In this document: positions 1 to 18,303 of the stretch, piece after piece
Layout of the letters: the number at the start of each line of letters is the position of its first letter
How positions within the stretch are numbered: position 1 is the first letter of the stretch
Source: Macrostomum lignano
Taxonomy: Eukaryota
NCBI GenBank assembly: GCA_002269645.1
Contig: NIVC01001478.1
Span: 99,136 to 163,135 of the forward strand
Length of the DNA stretch: 64,000 bases
Reading direction: 5' to 3'
Translations under genes and position numbers: made by a program
Notes under the pieces: model-generated
Told to the model about the DNA's origin: nothing
Database searches by the model: none
What the model saw: the letters and a program-made list of their open reading frames with translations, nothing else

Positions 1-2
1 TT

Positions 3-242
3 GAGCGCGTTTTTTAACGGCTACGAGATGCGGGTCTCAAACTGCACAATGCGAAGAGCGTGTTCGGCCATCGCCGGGTGCTGTACCTGGGACACCTGAT
101 CAGCTAGCAGGAGGATATTGCACCGGACCCTAGCAAGTTTGAGGTCATTCGCAGCATCCCTAGTCCAAAGTCGGTCAAAGAGGTGAAGCAGTTCCTCGGC
201 ATGCTGGGGTTCTACCGCCGATTCATCGAAGGGTTCAGCTAG
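3..242 (+). mobile_element. Degenerate Ty3/Gypsy LTR-retrotransposon pol fragment (RT C-terminus/thumb), runs off the window start
   Basis: The frame from nt 3 reads [77 protein letters not shown]. This matches Gypsy motifs LKL..K..F, V.YLGH.IS, I.PDP.K and FLG..GFYRRFI. In-frame stops at 15-17, 105-107 and 240-242. Confidence 0.85.
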
Positions 243-1849
243 ACGGCGAGACAGTGGACAGCCGACAGTGGACGTAGCCAGACGTCCTGCACGATGCGTG
301 AAATCGAGAGACTTCGCATGAACCGGCGACTACGAGCAAGCTCACAGTAAAGGAAAATTGACCGCAAGAAGCAGGCGCAGGGAGTTCTGATTCCTCCGAT
401 TTCCTGGAGTTGGTTTCCAGGGGAAGCTGGCATACCGGCCTGAGTGGCTGCTTCCATTTTCTCGACTATGCTCCGCCAGCCTTACACTGCAGTCTCCAAG
501 CTGTGCCTCCCGTGTTCATAACTGTTTTCTGACCATTGCCGAATACTTCTTTCCTGCAGGTCACGACTTTCCAGCAACTGCTGTCTCATGCCGACTGTCG
601 AATTACTTTTTTGAAGACCTTGTCCAGCGCTACAAGACCAAAGACCAAAGTCGGCTGTCCACTGTTGAATGTGCCATGAGTCGAGACTGACTGACACGCG
701 ACACCATGTAGAGGTTTATAATACATATTTGTGAAATTTTGAATGCCAATATGTCCACAAAATATACCTAGCAATACGTACGTACAGTCACCGACTGCGA
801 CTCTGTGAAAAAAATCGTCTTCTGCTTTCCCTTTGCTCTATTTCCATTGCCCCCCCCCTCCGAATTCACGTGGCTCGGTTTCAGAGTAATTGCAGTGCAA
901 CTTTTAGAGTAATGACAAGGAAAATTTCATTTTTTATTCAGTTATTCAAGGCTAATTTTTAGACGACGCAGCAGAAGCGGCTACAAGCTTAACTGAATAT
1001 AGCGATTATGCTTGTGCAGAAACCCTCGACATTTCAATCAGGCGTTTGCTGTGTAAAATTCCCAAGAAAAAAGGGGGGTCCTGTACAAAAAAGATCACTG
1101 CTACTTTCAAAATGAAGCTTGACAAAAACTAAGTTGTGCATCTTGTAGAGGGATAAATTCTGTGCAGGATGGCGAAAAAACCGGCTTTCTACGTTCAATA
1201 ATAAATTCTAAGGAACACTAGAAAAAACCAGGCTCCAACTATTTTCTGCACGATTTGGCCAGTTTCCCATCCCTAGTTCAAGTAGTCCCTGATATTGGAT
1301 TGCTAATCTAGCATAAATTATAGACTGGAGTGCTAATCTATATCACATGTTTTGAGTTTAAAACACTTGGCATTTTCGCTGTTCGCCATCGGATCTGGTT
1401 GGGCAACTCATGCGATCGATTTCTGTCAAAGAATCAGTCCTGCCCAATCCATTAGTATAATTGGGATGGATGAGCTGTGAAAAATCTGTCGCAGAGCCCC
1501 CAGCTGCAGGGGAATTTTCAACTGCGGCTTCCCAGCCTCGCCATGCGGTAATTTAAACGACAATTATTGACAATTTTTCTCCCAATTCATCCCCACCGCG
1601 AGAGTGACAATTTTGAGTTTCAAAAACCCTTTCCAGTGGGATCCCGCCACCAACAGCTGCTCAGGAATCTGCTTTTATGACCGGAAGCGGCTCTGACAAA
1701 CTTTGCTGTCGCCGGATGCGGCTTGCCTGCTTCTAAAAATGATTGAGCAGCGCTGAGTCTTATTCGTCGCTTCACAGAGCTCAGAAAATGGTTTAGCACT
1801 TGCTGCTTTAGGAATATGTGTATAGGGATTCCTGTCCGTGACAATGTAC

Positions 1850-3820
1850 ACTAGAGTCCGACCTGATACAATGTACATTGGATTCCAACCCGAGACAATG
1901 TACATTGGATTTTTTACCCAAGACAATGTACATTAGATTCCAACCCGAGACAATGTACATTAGATTCCAGCACGAGACAATGTACATTGGATTCCAACCC
2001 GAGACAATGTACATTGGATTCCAACCCGAGACAATGTACATTAGATTCCAACCCGATACAATGTACATTAGATTCCAACCCGAGACAATGTACATTAGAT
2101 TCCAACCCGAGACAATGTACATTGGATTCCAACCCGAGACAATGTACATTAGATTCCAGCACGAGACAATGTACATTGGATTCCAACCCGAGACAATGTA
2201 CATTGGATTCCAACCCGAGACAATGTACATTGGATTCCAACCCGAGACAATGTACATTGGATTCCAACCCGAGACAATGTACATTAGATTCCAGCACGAG
2301 ATAATGTACATTAGATTCCAACCCGAGACAATGTACATTGGATTCCAACCCGAGACAATGTACATTAGATTCCAACCCGAGACAATGTACATTAGATTCC
2401 AACCCGAGACAATGTACATTAGATTCTAACCCGAGACAATGTACATTAGATTCCAACACGAGACAATGTAAATTAGATTCCAACCCGGGACAATGTACAT
2501 TGGATTCCAACCCGAGACAATGTACATTAGATTCCAACCCGAGACAATGTACATTGGATTCCAACACGAGACAATGTACATTAGATTCCAACACGAGACA
2601 ATGTAAATTAGATTCCAGCACGAGATAATGTACATTAGATTCCAACCCGAGACAATGTACATTAGATTCCAACACGAGACAATGTAAATTAGATTCCAAC
2701 CCGAGACAATGTACATTGGATTCCAACCCGAGACAATGTACATTAGATTCTAACCCGAGACAATGTAAATTAGATTCCAACACGAGACAATGTAAATTAG
2801 ATTCCAGCACGAGACAATGTACATTAGATTCCAACCCGAGACAATGTACATTAGATTCCAACCCGAGACAATGTACATTAGATTCCAACCCGAGATAATG
2901 TACATTTAGATTCCAACCCGAGACAATGTACATTAGATTCCAACCCGAGACAATGTACATTAGATTCCAGCACGAGACAATGTACATTAGATTCTAACCC
3001 GAGACAATGTACATTAGATTCCAACACGAGACAATGTAAATTAGATTCCAACCCGGGACAATGTACATTGGATTCCAACCCGAGACAATGTACATTAGAT
3101 TCCAACCCGAGACAATGTACATTGGATTCCAACACGAGACAATGTACATTAGATTCCAACACGAGACAATGTAAATTAGATTCCAGCACGAGATAATGTA
3201 CATTAGATTCCAACCCGAGACAATGTACATTAGATTCCAACACGAGACAATGTAAATTAGATTCCAACCCGAGACAATGTACATTGGATTCCAACCCGAG
3301 ACAATGTACATTAGATTCTAACCCGAGACAATGTAAATTAGATTCCAACACGAGACAATGTAAATTAGATTCCAGCACGAGACAATGTACATTAGATTCC
3401 AACCCGAGACAATGTACATTAGATTCCAACCCGAGACAATGTACATTAGATTCCAACCCGAGATAATGTACATTTAGATTCCAACACGAGACAATGTACA
3501 TTAGATTTCAGTCCATGACGATGCACATTAGAATCCATCCGAGACAATGTACATTAGATTTCAGTCCATGACGATGCACATTAGAGTCCACCCGAGACAA
3601 TGTACATTAGATTTCAGTCCATGACGATGCACATTAGAGTCCACCCGAGACAATGTACATTAGATTTCAGTCCATGACGATGCACATTAGAGTCCATCCG
3701 AGACAGTGTACATTAGATTTCAGTCCATGACGATGCACATTAGAGTCCATCCGAGACAATGTACATTAGATTTCAGTCCATGACGATGCACATTAGAGTC
3801 CACCCGAGACAATGTACGAG
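1850..3820. repeat. 27-bp minisatellite (CCGAGACAATGTACATTAGATTCCAAC)n, ending in a diverged ~55-bp dimeric variant (3500-3820)
   Basis: Direct reading; 9-aa periodicity in the ORF track; palindromic core CAATGTACATTG in some units. Confidence 0.97.
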
Positions 3821-4412
3821 CATATATATTCAACTGCAGCAAAATTTAGGCAGAAAGTTTTTTTACGCAATTTCCAAAACTGAAGAAAATTCCAGATAGA
3901 TAAATTAATGCTATTCTTACAAGCGTAGCTCTGAGACTCACTCTTCAGCCCCTGATAAAATGCCTCCCGGGTGCTATGTCCTCCTTGAGGCTTCTTTGCA
4001 TATGCATGAGTTGAATCAGACAGCTTGGAAAGACCATAACGGCATTATGGATATTGCAGCTTAGTGATAGTTGGCATGTAAGCCGCAAATCTGCTGCCAA
4101 AATTACATTGTCAGCCGTCCACCAGCAGCCATTGGTTGATGCTCCTTGCTAGAACTACAATCTCTCTCTCTCTGCTTGTTTTCCCACTGTTTATATTCCC
4201 CTGCACCAGCAGGCGCCCGCCTGAACTTTATTCCCCAGTCAACCCAATCGCTGGCCAACTTTTTGGCTGAAGGCTGTCGGCACTGGCGCCCTGATAACAC
4301 AGAGGACCTTTCCAAAACGTTTATATTTCCCATATTTTAACTTGGTGCCTGCTTTGAAAAAATAAACTTTAGAAGTCATCGAGCTTCCAGAATCTGCGGG
4401 AGACACGCAGAA

Positions 4413-6479
4413 ATGGCTACTGCATCGCAAGCGCCGAGAACCAAGCAAGAGCAGCAACAGCAGCAGCAGCGGCGGGAGCAGGAGCGCAGAAACACCCTGC
4501 GGTTTATAATTAACGAGTTCAATGACTACGGGCACCGGACTACAGTGCACGGCCTAGGCCACATGTACCAGTCAACCGACACCCGCAGGAAGCTGTTCTG
4601 GCTCTGCATCACCCTAGTCAGCTGCGGAGCCTGCGCCGTTCACATCTACTTCATCGTGGCCAACTACATGGAGACACCGGTGAACTCCGTCATCTTGCAG
4701 GGCCGCATCCGGCAGGAGTTTCCGGACGTGACTTTCTGTAACATGTACCCGATCTCCGAGTCGGTGCAGTACCACGCAGCCAAGGAGATCCACGGGCACA
4801 TCAGCAACCGATGGAAATACTTCAGCGGCTTCATTCGGGCTGGCAATTTCTCCGCCAATGACAAAGTTGGCCGACTGAAAGTGGCCAGGACCTTCATGCA
4901 GATCTTCTGGGCCTCGGAGGACACCAGGGACCTGGCTCATGATGACGATCTGTTTATAGTGCAGTGCAGCTACAAGAACCGACAATGCTCCAACAAGCAG
5001 TTCAAGATGGTGCAGAACCTGCGCTACTGGAATTGCTACACATTTGCGCCAAAATTCGATGGAGGCCACGAGGACCGGCAGGTCTACTCCAGTAACGAAG
5101 ACGAAGGCCTGAGCCTGATTCTCTACACGAATTCGCACCTGCGCAATGTGCATCCCAAGAACGGCCTCACCACGATTCGAGACGTTTACTACGACTACGA
5201 GGACGAAATCCTGAACCACCTGGGCGACCAGTCCAACTTCCTGGAGCGCTACCTGGAGAATTACAATCTGTCGCTCAATCAGCTGCTGGCCGGAGACAAG
5301 CTGGAGCCGGACGGCATGCGGGTGATCCTGCACGAGAAGGACACCTACCCGCACATGGACATGAACAGCGTCATTGTTGGCAATGGCGACTTCTCTAATA
5401 TCAACTTCTACATGGAGCGGAAGCTGTCTAAGAACCGACCGGAGCACCCCTGCCGGGTGGAGACCAGCGGCACGGAGGACCGGATGGAGTACATGGCGTA
5501 CTATCCTGGCAGCAACATCCGCTATCCGGGACCCAGGCCGCCGCCAAACTTCAAGAAGTTCAAACGAGCCCGCCTAGACTACATAGTGGATAAGAGCCAG
5601 GCCTTGTTCTGGTCGGCCTGCCATTGCTACACTCACATAATGCCGTTTCAGTGCTTCAACACCGAGCTGTGCTATCACTGCCGCGACGGGACCGACCCGG
5701 CCGAGATCGAGCGCACACTGAGGCACATCTGGTGTCACGACCGGGTCTACGAGCACCGACTGAAGCACAAGATCTTCGACTACTTCCGCGATTCGCAGAA
5801 CTTCCAGCCGTGCAGCGTGAACAACTACAACGTGAAGATGGGCAGCTCGGCTTGGCCTAGCCAGAGGGACATCCAGTTCCTCATCAACCAGTACGTGCTT
5901 CCCGCATTCCAGAAGGAGACAGTCGGCGCCAGGAGCTACAACCACATCCTGAAGAACACCAGCGTGGCGCCAATTCACGACATCATCAGTCAGGAGAGCT
6001 CCGGCCACGGCGTCAACTGGACAGCTGCGGAGTTCCTGGTGCGCAAGAACTTCCTGAAGGTGGCCATCCACGCCGACAGTCCCACTGGCACGCTGCACGA
6101 GGAGGTCGAAAGCTACTCGTTCGCCGAGGCCTTGTCGGAGATCGGCGGGATTTTCGGCCTGTACGCGGGCGTGTCAATTCTGTCCTTCTTTGAGTTTGTG
6201 GAGCTCGTCTACCTGATGAGCACCAAGCCGAAGGAGGCGAGGCCGCTGCGGTGTCAGCAGCACCAGTTGCCGGGCTCCTTGGACCGGCGCAGGTCGCCGC
6301 TGCGGCCTTCGTCTTCTTCAATGATGCACGCAGCGGCCTCGATTTTTCTAAAGGAGGCGGCCGAGTCGGGCGAACTCGCGCCGGATGAGCTGGACGGCTG
6401 CCGACACCTGTTGGGGCTTCCCGCTGCTGACGCGCCAGCTGCTGCTGCCGACGCCCAGGAGGCAGCGACGTTGGCCTAG
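4413..6479 (+). CDS. DEG/ENaC (ASIC/FaNaC/ENaC superfamily) sodium channel subunit, 688 aa, intronless
   Basis: Pre-TM1 TTVHG motif, TM1 (LFWLCITLVSCGACAVHIYFIV), FPDVTFCN, CSY...C, NCYTF, GLSLIL, GMRVILH, Cys-rich thumb, and TM2 LSEIGGIFGLYAGVSILSFFEFVE with a GxS filter. Good start context (gaaATGG) and GC3-rich codons. Confidence 0.95.
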   Translation: MATASQAPRTKQEQQQQQQRREQERRNTLRFIINEFNDYGHRTTVHGLGHMYQSTDTRRKLFWLCITLVSCGACAVHIYFIVANYMETPVNSVILQGRIRQEFPDVTFCNMYPISESVQYHAAKEIHGHISNRWKYFSGFIRAGNFSANDKVGRLKVARTFMQIFWASEDTRDLAHDDDLFIVQCSYKNRQCSNKQFKMVQNLRYWNCYTFAPKFDGGHEDRQVYSSNEDEGLSLILYTNSHLRNVHPKNGLTTIRDVYYDYEDEILNHLGDQSNFLERYLENYNLSLNQLLAGDKLEPDGMRVILHEKDTYPHMDMNSVIVGNGDFSNINFYMERKLSKNRPEHPCRVETSGTEDRMEYMAYYPGSNIRYPGPRPPPNFKKFKRARLDYIVDKSQALFWSACHCYTHIMPFQCFNTELCYHCRDGTDPAEIERTLRHIWCHDRVYEHRLKHKIFDYFRDSQNFQPCSVNNYNVKMGSSAWPSQRDIQFLINQYVLPAFQKETVGARSYNHILKNTSVAPIHDIISQESSGHGVNWTAAEFLVRKNFLKVAIHADSPTGTLHEEVESYSFAEALSEIGGIFGLYAGVSILSFFEFVELVYLMSTKPKEARPLRCQQHQLPGSLDRRRSPLRPSSSSMMHAAASIFLKEAAESGELAPDELDGCRHLLGLPAADAPAAAADAQEAATLA

Positions 6480-6529
6480 CGTTTCCCGTTAGCTCGGCCT
6501 GGTAAAGTGAACAGTGTGATTAGTGATTA

Positions 6530-7300
6530 GACATTGTCCAGCTGGATGTGTGTTGGCTGACAATTTTGCTTCCATGTACATTGTCCAGCTGGATGTGTGT
6601 TGGCTGACAATGTTGCTTCCATGTACATTGTCCAGCTGGATGTGTGTTGGCTGACAATGTTGCTTCCATGTACATTGTCCAGCTGGATGTGTGTTGGCTG
6701 ACAATGTTGCTTCCATGTACATTGTCCAGCTGGACTCCTGGATGTGTGTTGGCTGACAATTTTGCTTCCATGTACATTGTCCAGCTGGATGTGTGTTGGC
6801 TGACAATTTTGCTTCCATGTACATTGTCCAGCTGGATGTGTGTTGGCTGACAATTTTGCTTCCATGTACATTGTCCAGCTGGATGTGTGTTAGCTGACAA
6901 TTTTGCTTCCATGTACATTGTCCAGCTGGATGTGTGTTAGCTGACAATTTTGCTTCCATGTACATTGTCCAGCTGGATGTGTGTTGGCTGACAATGTTGC
7001 TTCCATTTACATTGTCCAGCTGGATGTGTGTTGGCTGACAATGTTGCTTCCATGTACATTGTCCAGCTGGATGTGTGTTGGCTGACAATGTTGCTTCCAT
7101 GTACATTGTCCAGCTGGATGTGTGTTGGCTGACAATTTTGCTTCCATGTACATTGTCCAGCTGGATGTGTGTTGGCTGACAATGTTGCTTCCATTTACAT
7201 TGTCCAGCTGGATGTGTGTTGGCTGACAATGTTGCTTCCATGTACATTGTCCAGCTGGACTCCTGGATGAGTGTTGGCTGACATTTTTGCTATCGTTCAT
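6530..7300. repeat. 47-bp minisatellite (ATGTACATTGTCCAGCTGGATGTGTGTTGGCTGACAATTTTGCTTCC)n, starting ~50 nt after the ENaC stop codon
   Basis: Direct reading, ~16 copies. Confidence 0.97.
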
Positions 7301-8149
7301 TTTTTAACTGGCAACCAACTATTTAGACTCTTTTCGGAGCCCATTCTATTTGTTCTCTGAATACGAGAATTCGTAGTTTAACTGTGTCCATTTCATCTGT
7401 TCTTAGAATTCATTGCATCAATTGTGGGTCGTATCAATCTGAGACAGTTTCGTTTAAAAATGCGTTAAAAATACGATGAGGCGATGGACACAAAGCTGGA
7501 ATTTTGGTGAACTTCGCGATGCGATTTCAGCTGCGCCAACCAAAATGATGGTTTTTCGCACCTGAAATTCCTAGTACGAGTAGGCTCACCAATATATTTG
7601 GTATGTGATCTAACTCCCAGCAGCACTGCAGGGTGGACCCTCGGTACCTTTACTGCTTGAAACGAGCCTAAAAACATTTTTTAAGCGAATCCAACACCAA
7701 CTGTAAAAATTCATGCCCAACTCCTAAGCCAAGCGTCCTAGCGCGCGTCAAAAACTGCATGCATAACTTCGATCATTTTGATAGTCTATTTAAGCTCGTA
7801 AGTACTTTCTAAAAGCCCAAACATCGTTTTTTTCTGTTTCAGTTGTAGAAATTTGCAGCGCAGAGTTCCCGCGTTCGCGAATGCGTAACTTTTTTCTAGG
7901 AAATGCGAAAAATATTCCAGCACTGGATAGAATCTGTTCACATGGTGGACGCCAATTATTGCTTTGATTCACTGTCTCTGTGCAGAAGCAAATTCTGAAC
8001 CTTTCTCATCTATTCAATGCGACCGAACTGCACTACTGTAATCTGAGCAACAAGATATTTTCTTTACGATGAGCAAGGACTCATAATTTGGCGAAGTATG
8101 TTGTGCCATTAATTTTTTGTTTTCTTAATCAATTGTTATCACTCTGACC

Positions 8150-9145
8150 CTTCCATTTCTCTCTATCCTTCCCATTGTCTCTCTCTATCCTTCCCATTGT
8201 CTCCCTCTATCCTTCCCATTGTCTCCCTCTATACTTCCCATTGTCTCCCTCTATCCTTCCCATTGTCTCTCTCTATCCTTCCCATTGTCTCCCTCTATAC
8301 TTCCCATTGTCTCCCTCTATCCTTCCCATTGTCTCCCTCTATACTTCCCATTGTCTCTCTCTATCCTTCCCATTGTCTCTCTCCATCCTTCCCATTGTCT
8401 CTCTCTATACTTCCCATTGTCTCTATACTTCCCATTGTCTCTATACTTCCCATTGTCTCTCTCTATCCTTCCCATTGTCTCCCTCTATACTTCCCATTGT
8501 CTCTCTCTATCCTTCCCATTGTCTCCCTCTATCCTTCCCATTGTCTCCCTCTATCCTTCTCATTGTCTCCCTCTATCTTTCCCATTGTCTCTATACTTCC
8601 CATTGTCTCCCTCTATCCTTCCCATTGTCTCCCTCTATACTTCCCATTGTCTCTCTCTATCCTTCCCATTGTCTCTCTCTATCCTTCCCATTGTCTCCCT
8701 CTATACTTCCCATTGTCTCCCTCTATACTTCCCATTGTCTCTCTCTCTATTCTTCCCATTGTCTCTCTCTCTATTCTCCCCATTGTCTCCCTCTATCCTT
8801 CCCATTGTCTCCCTCTATACTTCCCATTGTCTCCCTCTATACTTCCCATTGTCTCTCTCTATCCTTCCCATTGTCTCTCTCTATCCTTCCCATTGTCTCT
8901 CTCTATCCTTCCCATTGTCTCTCTCTATCCTTCCCATTGTCTCCCTCTATACTTCCCATTGTCACCCTCTATCCTTCCCATTGTCTCCCTCTATACTTCC
9001 CATTGTCTCTCTCTCTCTATTGTCTCTCTCTATCCTTCCCATTGTCTCCCTCTATACTTCCCATTGTCTCCCTCTATACTTCCCATTGTCTCTCTCCATC
9101 CTTCCCGTTGTCTTTCTATATCCATCCCATTGTCTCTCTATCCTC
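8150..9145. repeat. ~22-bp pyrimidine-rich minisatellite (CTCTATCCTTCCCATTGTCTCC)n
   Basis: Direct reading; all three + frames are open only because the unit has no stop codon. Confidence 0.96.
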
Positions 9146-9146
9146 T

Positions 9147-9471
9147 TGTTGTAACCCGGGTCGGTTTGGGTGCCCAGTCCCGAGTACAATATATATTATA
9201 CGTAATATACACGCGTAGTGACGCTCTGTCTGTACTTTTATGGATACGAGCAGGCGTGACGACGCTCTGCAATAATAGTTCGATCTCTCTGGTGTTGTGA
9301 CACTCAGAGTTCACGCTGCGGCTTGAGGTGTGGTGACACTCTCGAGTGCTTTTAGTCTCGATACTGTAGGTTGTACATACTATATAGAGTAGCCGGTACA
9401 GTACTACAATAAGCTATATGCTCTCCCGGCGTTATGACGCTCTGGCAAGAAGAACCCCCTGCAGCCTAACA
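9147..9471. mobile_element. Possible solo-LTR-like fragment
   Basis: Begins TGTTGTAACCCGGG. An imperfect inverted match CCCGGCGTTA lies at ~9425-9434 and TAACA at 9467-9471. GACGCTCTG occurs three times internally. No TSD found. Confidence 0.3.
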
Positions 9472-10371
9472 AGCTCCCCAGAAAAGAATGAACTCAAGCA
9501 GCAGGCGGCTTACCAGTGGCCAAATTGCCGTTCGTATGTTTATTGCTCGTAGGTCTCAAGCGCAGGTTCGCACGTTTGTTGATTGGCTCGTAGGTCTCAA
9601 GCGCGGCTTCTAATTTCTTCTCAATTCTCAAAGACTCTTTTCAAAGACTGACTTCTCAACTGGGCTCTGTTATCGTAGGTAGCTAATGTCGCTGTTTCTT
9701 ACTCAAGTCAAGTCTCGCGCTTGCTGTCTCGGAGCACACCAAAACACAAAAAGCACACAGGGAGTGGGCAAGACCCAGAGCCGCACCATAAATAACACAC
9801 AAACCCTGGGGCAGACGGCCCCACCGGCTAAGCCCAACAAAACAAACAAACTACCCAAAAAAATAGACTGGCCGCGCCGGCCAGCCAATCAAAACCCCGC
9901 CTAGGGGGGAGGGGCTGCACCCGCGCCAAAGCTGGCCCGGCCGCAGCCAACCAGCACTGAGCACGGGGTAGGGGCACGGCTGGGGAGGGGCACGCACAAA
10001 GCCCGGCCGGCGGCCAGACCCTGCCACGCCCGCCAACCCCCCCCCCAGCCAGCCCCAAAGTGCAACGCGCCCTGCCAACCGACAAGGGCGCATGCAGTAC
10101 ACTCTCAATGCCATTTTGCTTGAACTTGAAGAACTTGAGAAACACATGCAATGTAAAATCGCTGAGAATGTACACGCCTAAATTTAGCACTGCTGTTATC
10201 AAACAGAGCACTCTCTACACGTATTTATATTTAAATAAAAATGTTTGTCTTCCCGAATATGTCTATGGAACAAGAAGCTCTTAGAATACGTTTTTAAATG
10301 AAAAGAGCATGATCGAACATCCCGAGTCCATTGGCGCACTGCACATTGGACAAGCAAAGCCCTCATGAGCC

Positions 10372-16356
<5,985 letters not shown>

Positions 16357-16679
16357 ACTTTTCACCAATGGTATAATTAATAATACAGCAATTTTGTTAT
16401 ATTTATAACTCGTTTAATCTAACGAAAACTCTTTGCGCCAACCTCTTGTGTTAAATTGATTTTCAGTCAGAATCGGAGCTCACAACGGGAACGAAATTAA
16501 ATTTTGTTTACTTTTTGTTTTTAAACAGTACTGTATGTCCAACTCGTAATACATGATTGGCGATATTTTTGCACAACTACTAAATAAAATAGCTGTTATG
16601 TTGGCGGAAAAACCTGCTTGAGCCTTATTTAAAGTTTCTTTTACTCTTTTGTTTGTTTAATCACAGTTTTGGAAATCTC

Positions 16680-17010
16680 AGAACCAAAGTGTCGTTTGGA
16701 TCCAACAGTTTCTAAGAAAACTCTCAGACCCCAAAGTGCCGTTTGGATCCAACAGTTTCTAAGAAAACTGAATCTCCGAAGTGCCAGTTGGCATCCAACA
16801 GTTTCTAAGAAAACTCTCAGAACCCAAAGTGCCAGTTGGCATCCAACAGTTTCTAAGAAAACTCTCAGAGCCCAAAGTGCCAGTTGGCATCCAACAGTTT
16901 CTAAGAAAACTCTCAGACCCCAAAGTGCCATTTGGCATCCAACAGTTTCTAAGAAAACTCTCAGACCCCAAAGTGCCAGTTGGCAGCAATCAGCTTCTAA
17001 GAAAACTGTA
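16680..17010. repeat. 48-bp minisatellite (CCAACAGTTTCTAAGAAAACTCTCAGACCCCAAAGTGCCAGTTGGCAT)n
   Basis: Direct reading, ~6.5 copies. Confidence 0.93.
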
Positions 17011-17624
17011 AATTTCTGGTTCAAGTCTAAATAAACTGTCAAAGACGAAAAAAGCACTTTACTTTTACGAACCTGTTAAGCCAAGCAAATGAACTATTAG
17101 CCCCCCCATCAGCTTTAATTTGTTATAACGTAACTAGTTGGAACTTGCTTGAAATTGGAACTGCAGGAGGGCCCCACGGGGGTAGGTTTAGAGAGAAGCA
17201 GAGCAACAGTGGCCATCCTAGACTGCACTGTGCACTAACCCTTGCTGCCCGAAGCTGTCAGTCAAGCCATCCGCGTCATTGCGCAAAGTTTATGATGGTG
17301 CTAAAAGTGCACTTGGCTTAGCTAGCCATGCAACTTAACTGGCTCTTACTCGTAGTTCCACTGGCTGCTGCTGCTGCCAAAACTGACATTTGCTCCACGG
17401 GGGGATTTTTCTGCGAAATGTAAAATCTATGAAGAAGTAAGTGACTCGAATGGGGGAGCAAAATTATTGTACATGTAAGAATATGATGACCATTTCAGGT
17501 TAATACGAGGCTTAACAACGGAGATCGATTGTAGGTTGTGTGGTGCTCCTGTCCTGTTCTAGTAAAGTTTTAAGCGTATTGTAGTCGTGGATTAACGTTT
17601 ATGGTATACAGGTTCTTAGGTTTT

Positions 17625-18047
17625 TTCAGGGTTCCGAGGTGGTCGATAGGAGTCCCAGGTATTTATCTGGTCTCCGAGGTGGTCGATAGGGGTCCCAGGT
17701 ATTTATCTGGTCTCCGAGGTGGTCGATAGGGGTCTTAGGTGTTTATCTGGGTTCCGAGGTGGTAGATTGAGGTCCTAGGTGTTTATCTGGGTTCCGAGGT
17801 GGTCGATTGGGGTCCCAGGTGTTTATCTGGGTTCTGAGATAGTAGATTGGGGTCCTAGGTGTTTATCTGGGTTCCGAGGTGGTAGATTGGGGTCCCAGGT
17901 GTTTATCTGGGTTCCGAGGTGGTCGGTAGGGGTCCCAGGTGTTTATCTGGGTTTCGAGGTGGTAGATTGGGGTCCCAGGTGTTTATCTGGGTTCCGAGGT
18001 GGTAGATTGGGGTCCCAGGTGTTTATCTGGGTTCTGAGGTGGTCGGA
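17625..18047. repeat. 40-bp minisatellite (GGTGTTTATCTGGGTTCCGAGGTGGTAGATTGGGGTCCCA)n
   Basis: Direct reading, ~10.5 copies. Confidence 0.95.
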
Positions 18048-18303
18048 TTAAAAGTGGATTAAAATCATGGTGCGGTCACAAGAATTCAGGAAGTCAAGAA
18101 ATTATAAGTGACGGTCAACTGAGAGGTCAAGTAGGTAGATTCCTCCGAGTGAGGCGGGCTTAAAGATATCCAGGTTGATGTAAATGCTCCAAAAAAGAAG
18201 CCAAAAGGCAAACGACATGGCGAACGGACATAGCAGTCGCTGCGGTTCCAGCAAAAATGACAAAAAGCTCATTAAGATGAAGAGTCCATTGAGCTCGCTG
18301 AGG

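Noticed and set aside
250-780. Short ORFs following the Gypsy fragment
   Set aside because: No RNase H or integrase motifs recognised on either strand.
1808-3501. Multiple long repetitive ORFs (MYIVSGWNL, LESNVHCLG and similar)
   Set aside because: Translations of the 27-bp array on several frames. The same applies to the ORFs over the arrays at 6.5, 8.2, 20.4, 22, 26.6, 33, 34.7, 39, 41, 43, 47.5, 51-53 and 59.7 kb.
4614-6321. Antisense and alternate-frame ORFs of 170-280 aa over the ENaC gene (and similar ones over KLHL, SULT and MCT)
   Set aside because: Shadow ORFs caused by GC3-rich codon usage of the real genes; no recognisable motifs.
7441-7980. GAGACAGT / ACTGTCTC inverted match as possible TIRs
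   Set aside because: Only 8 bp, not extendable, and no TSD.
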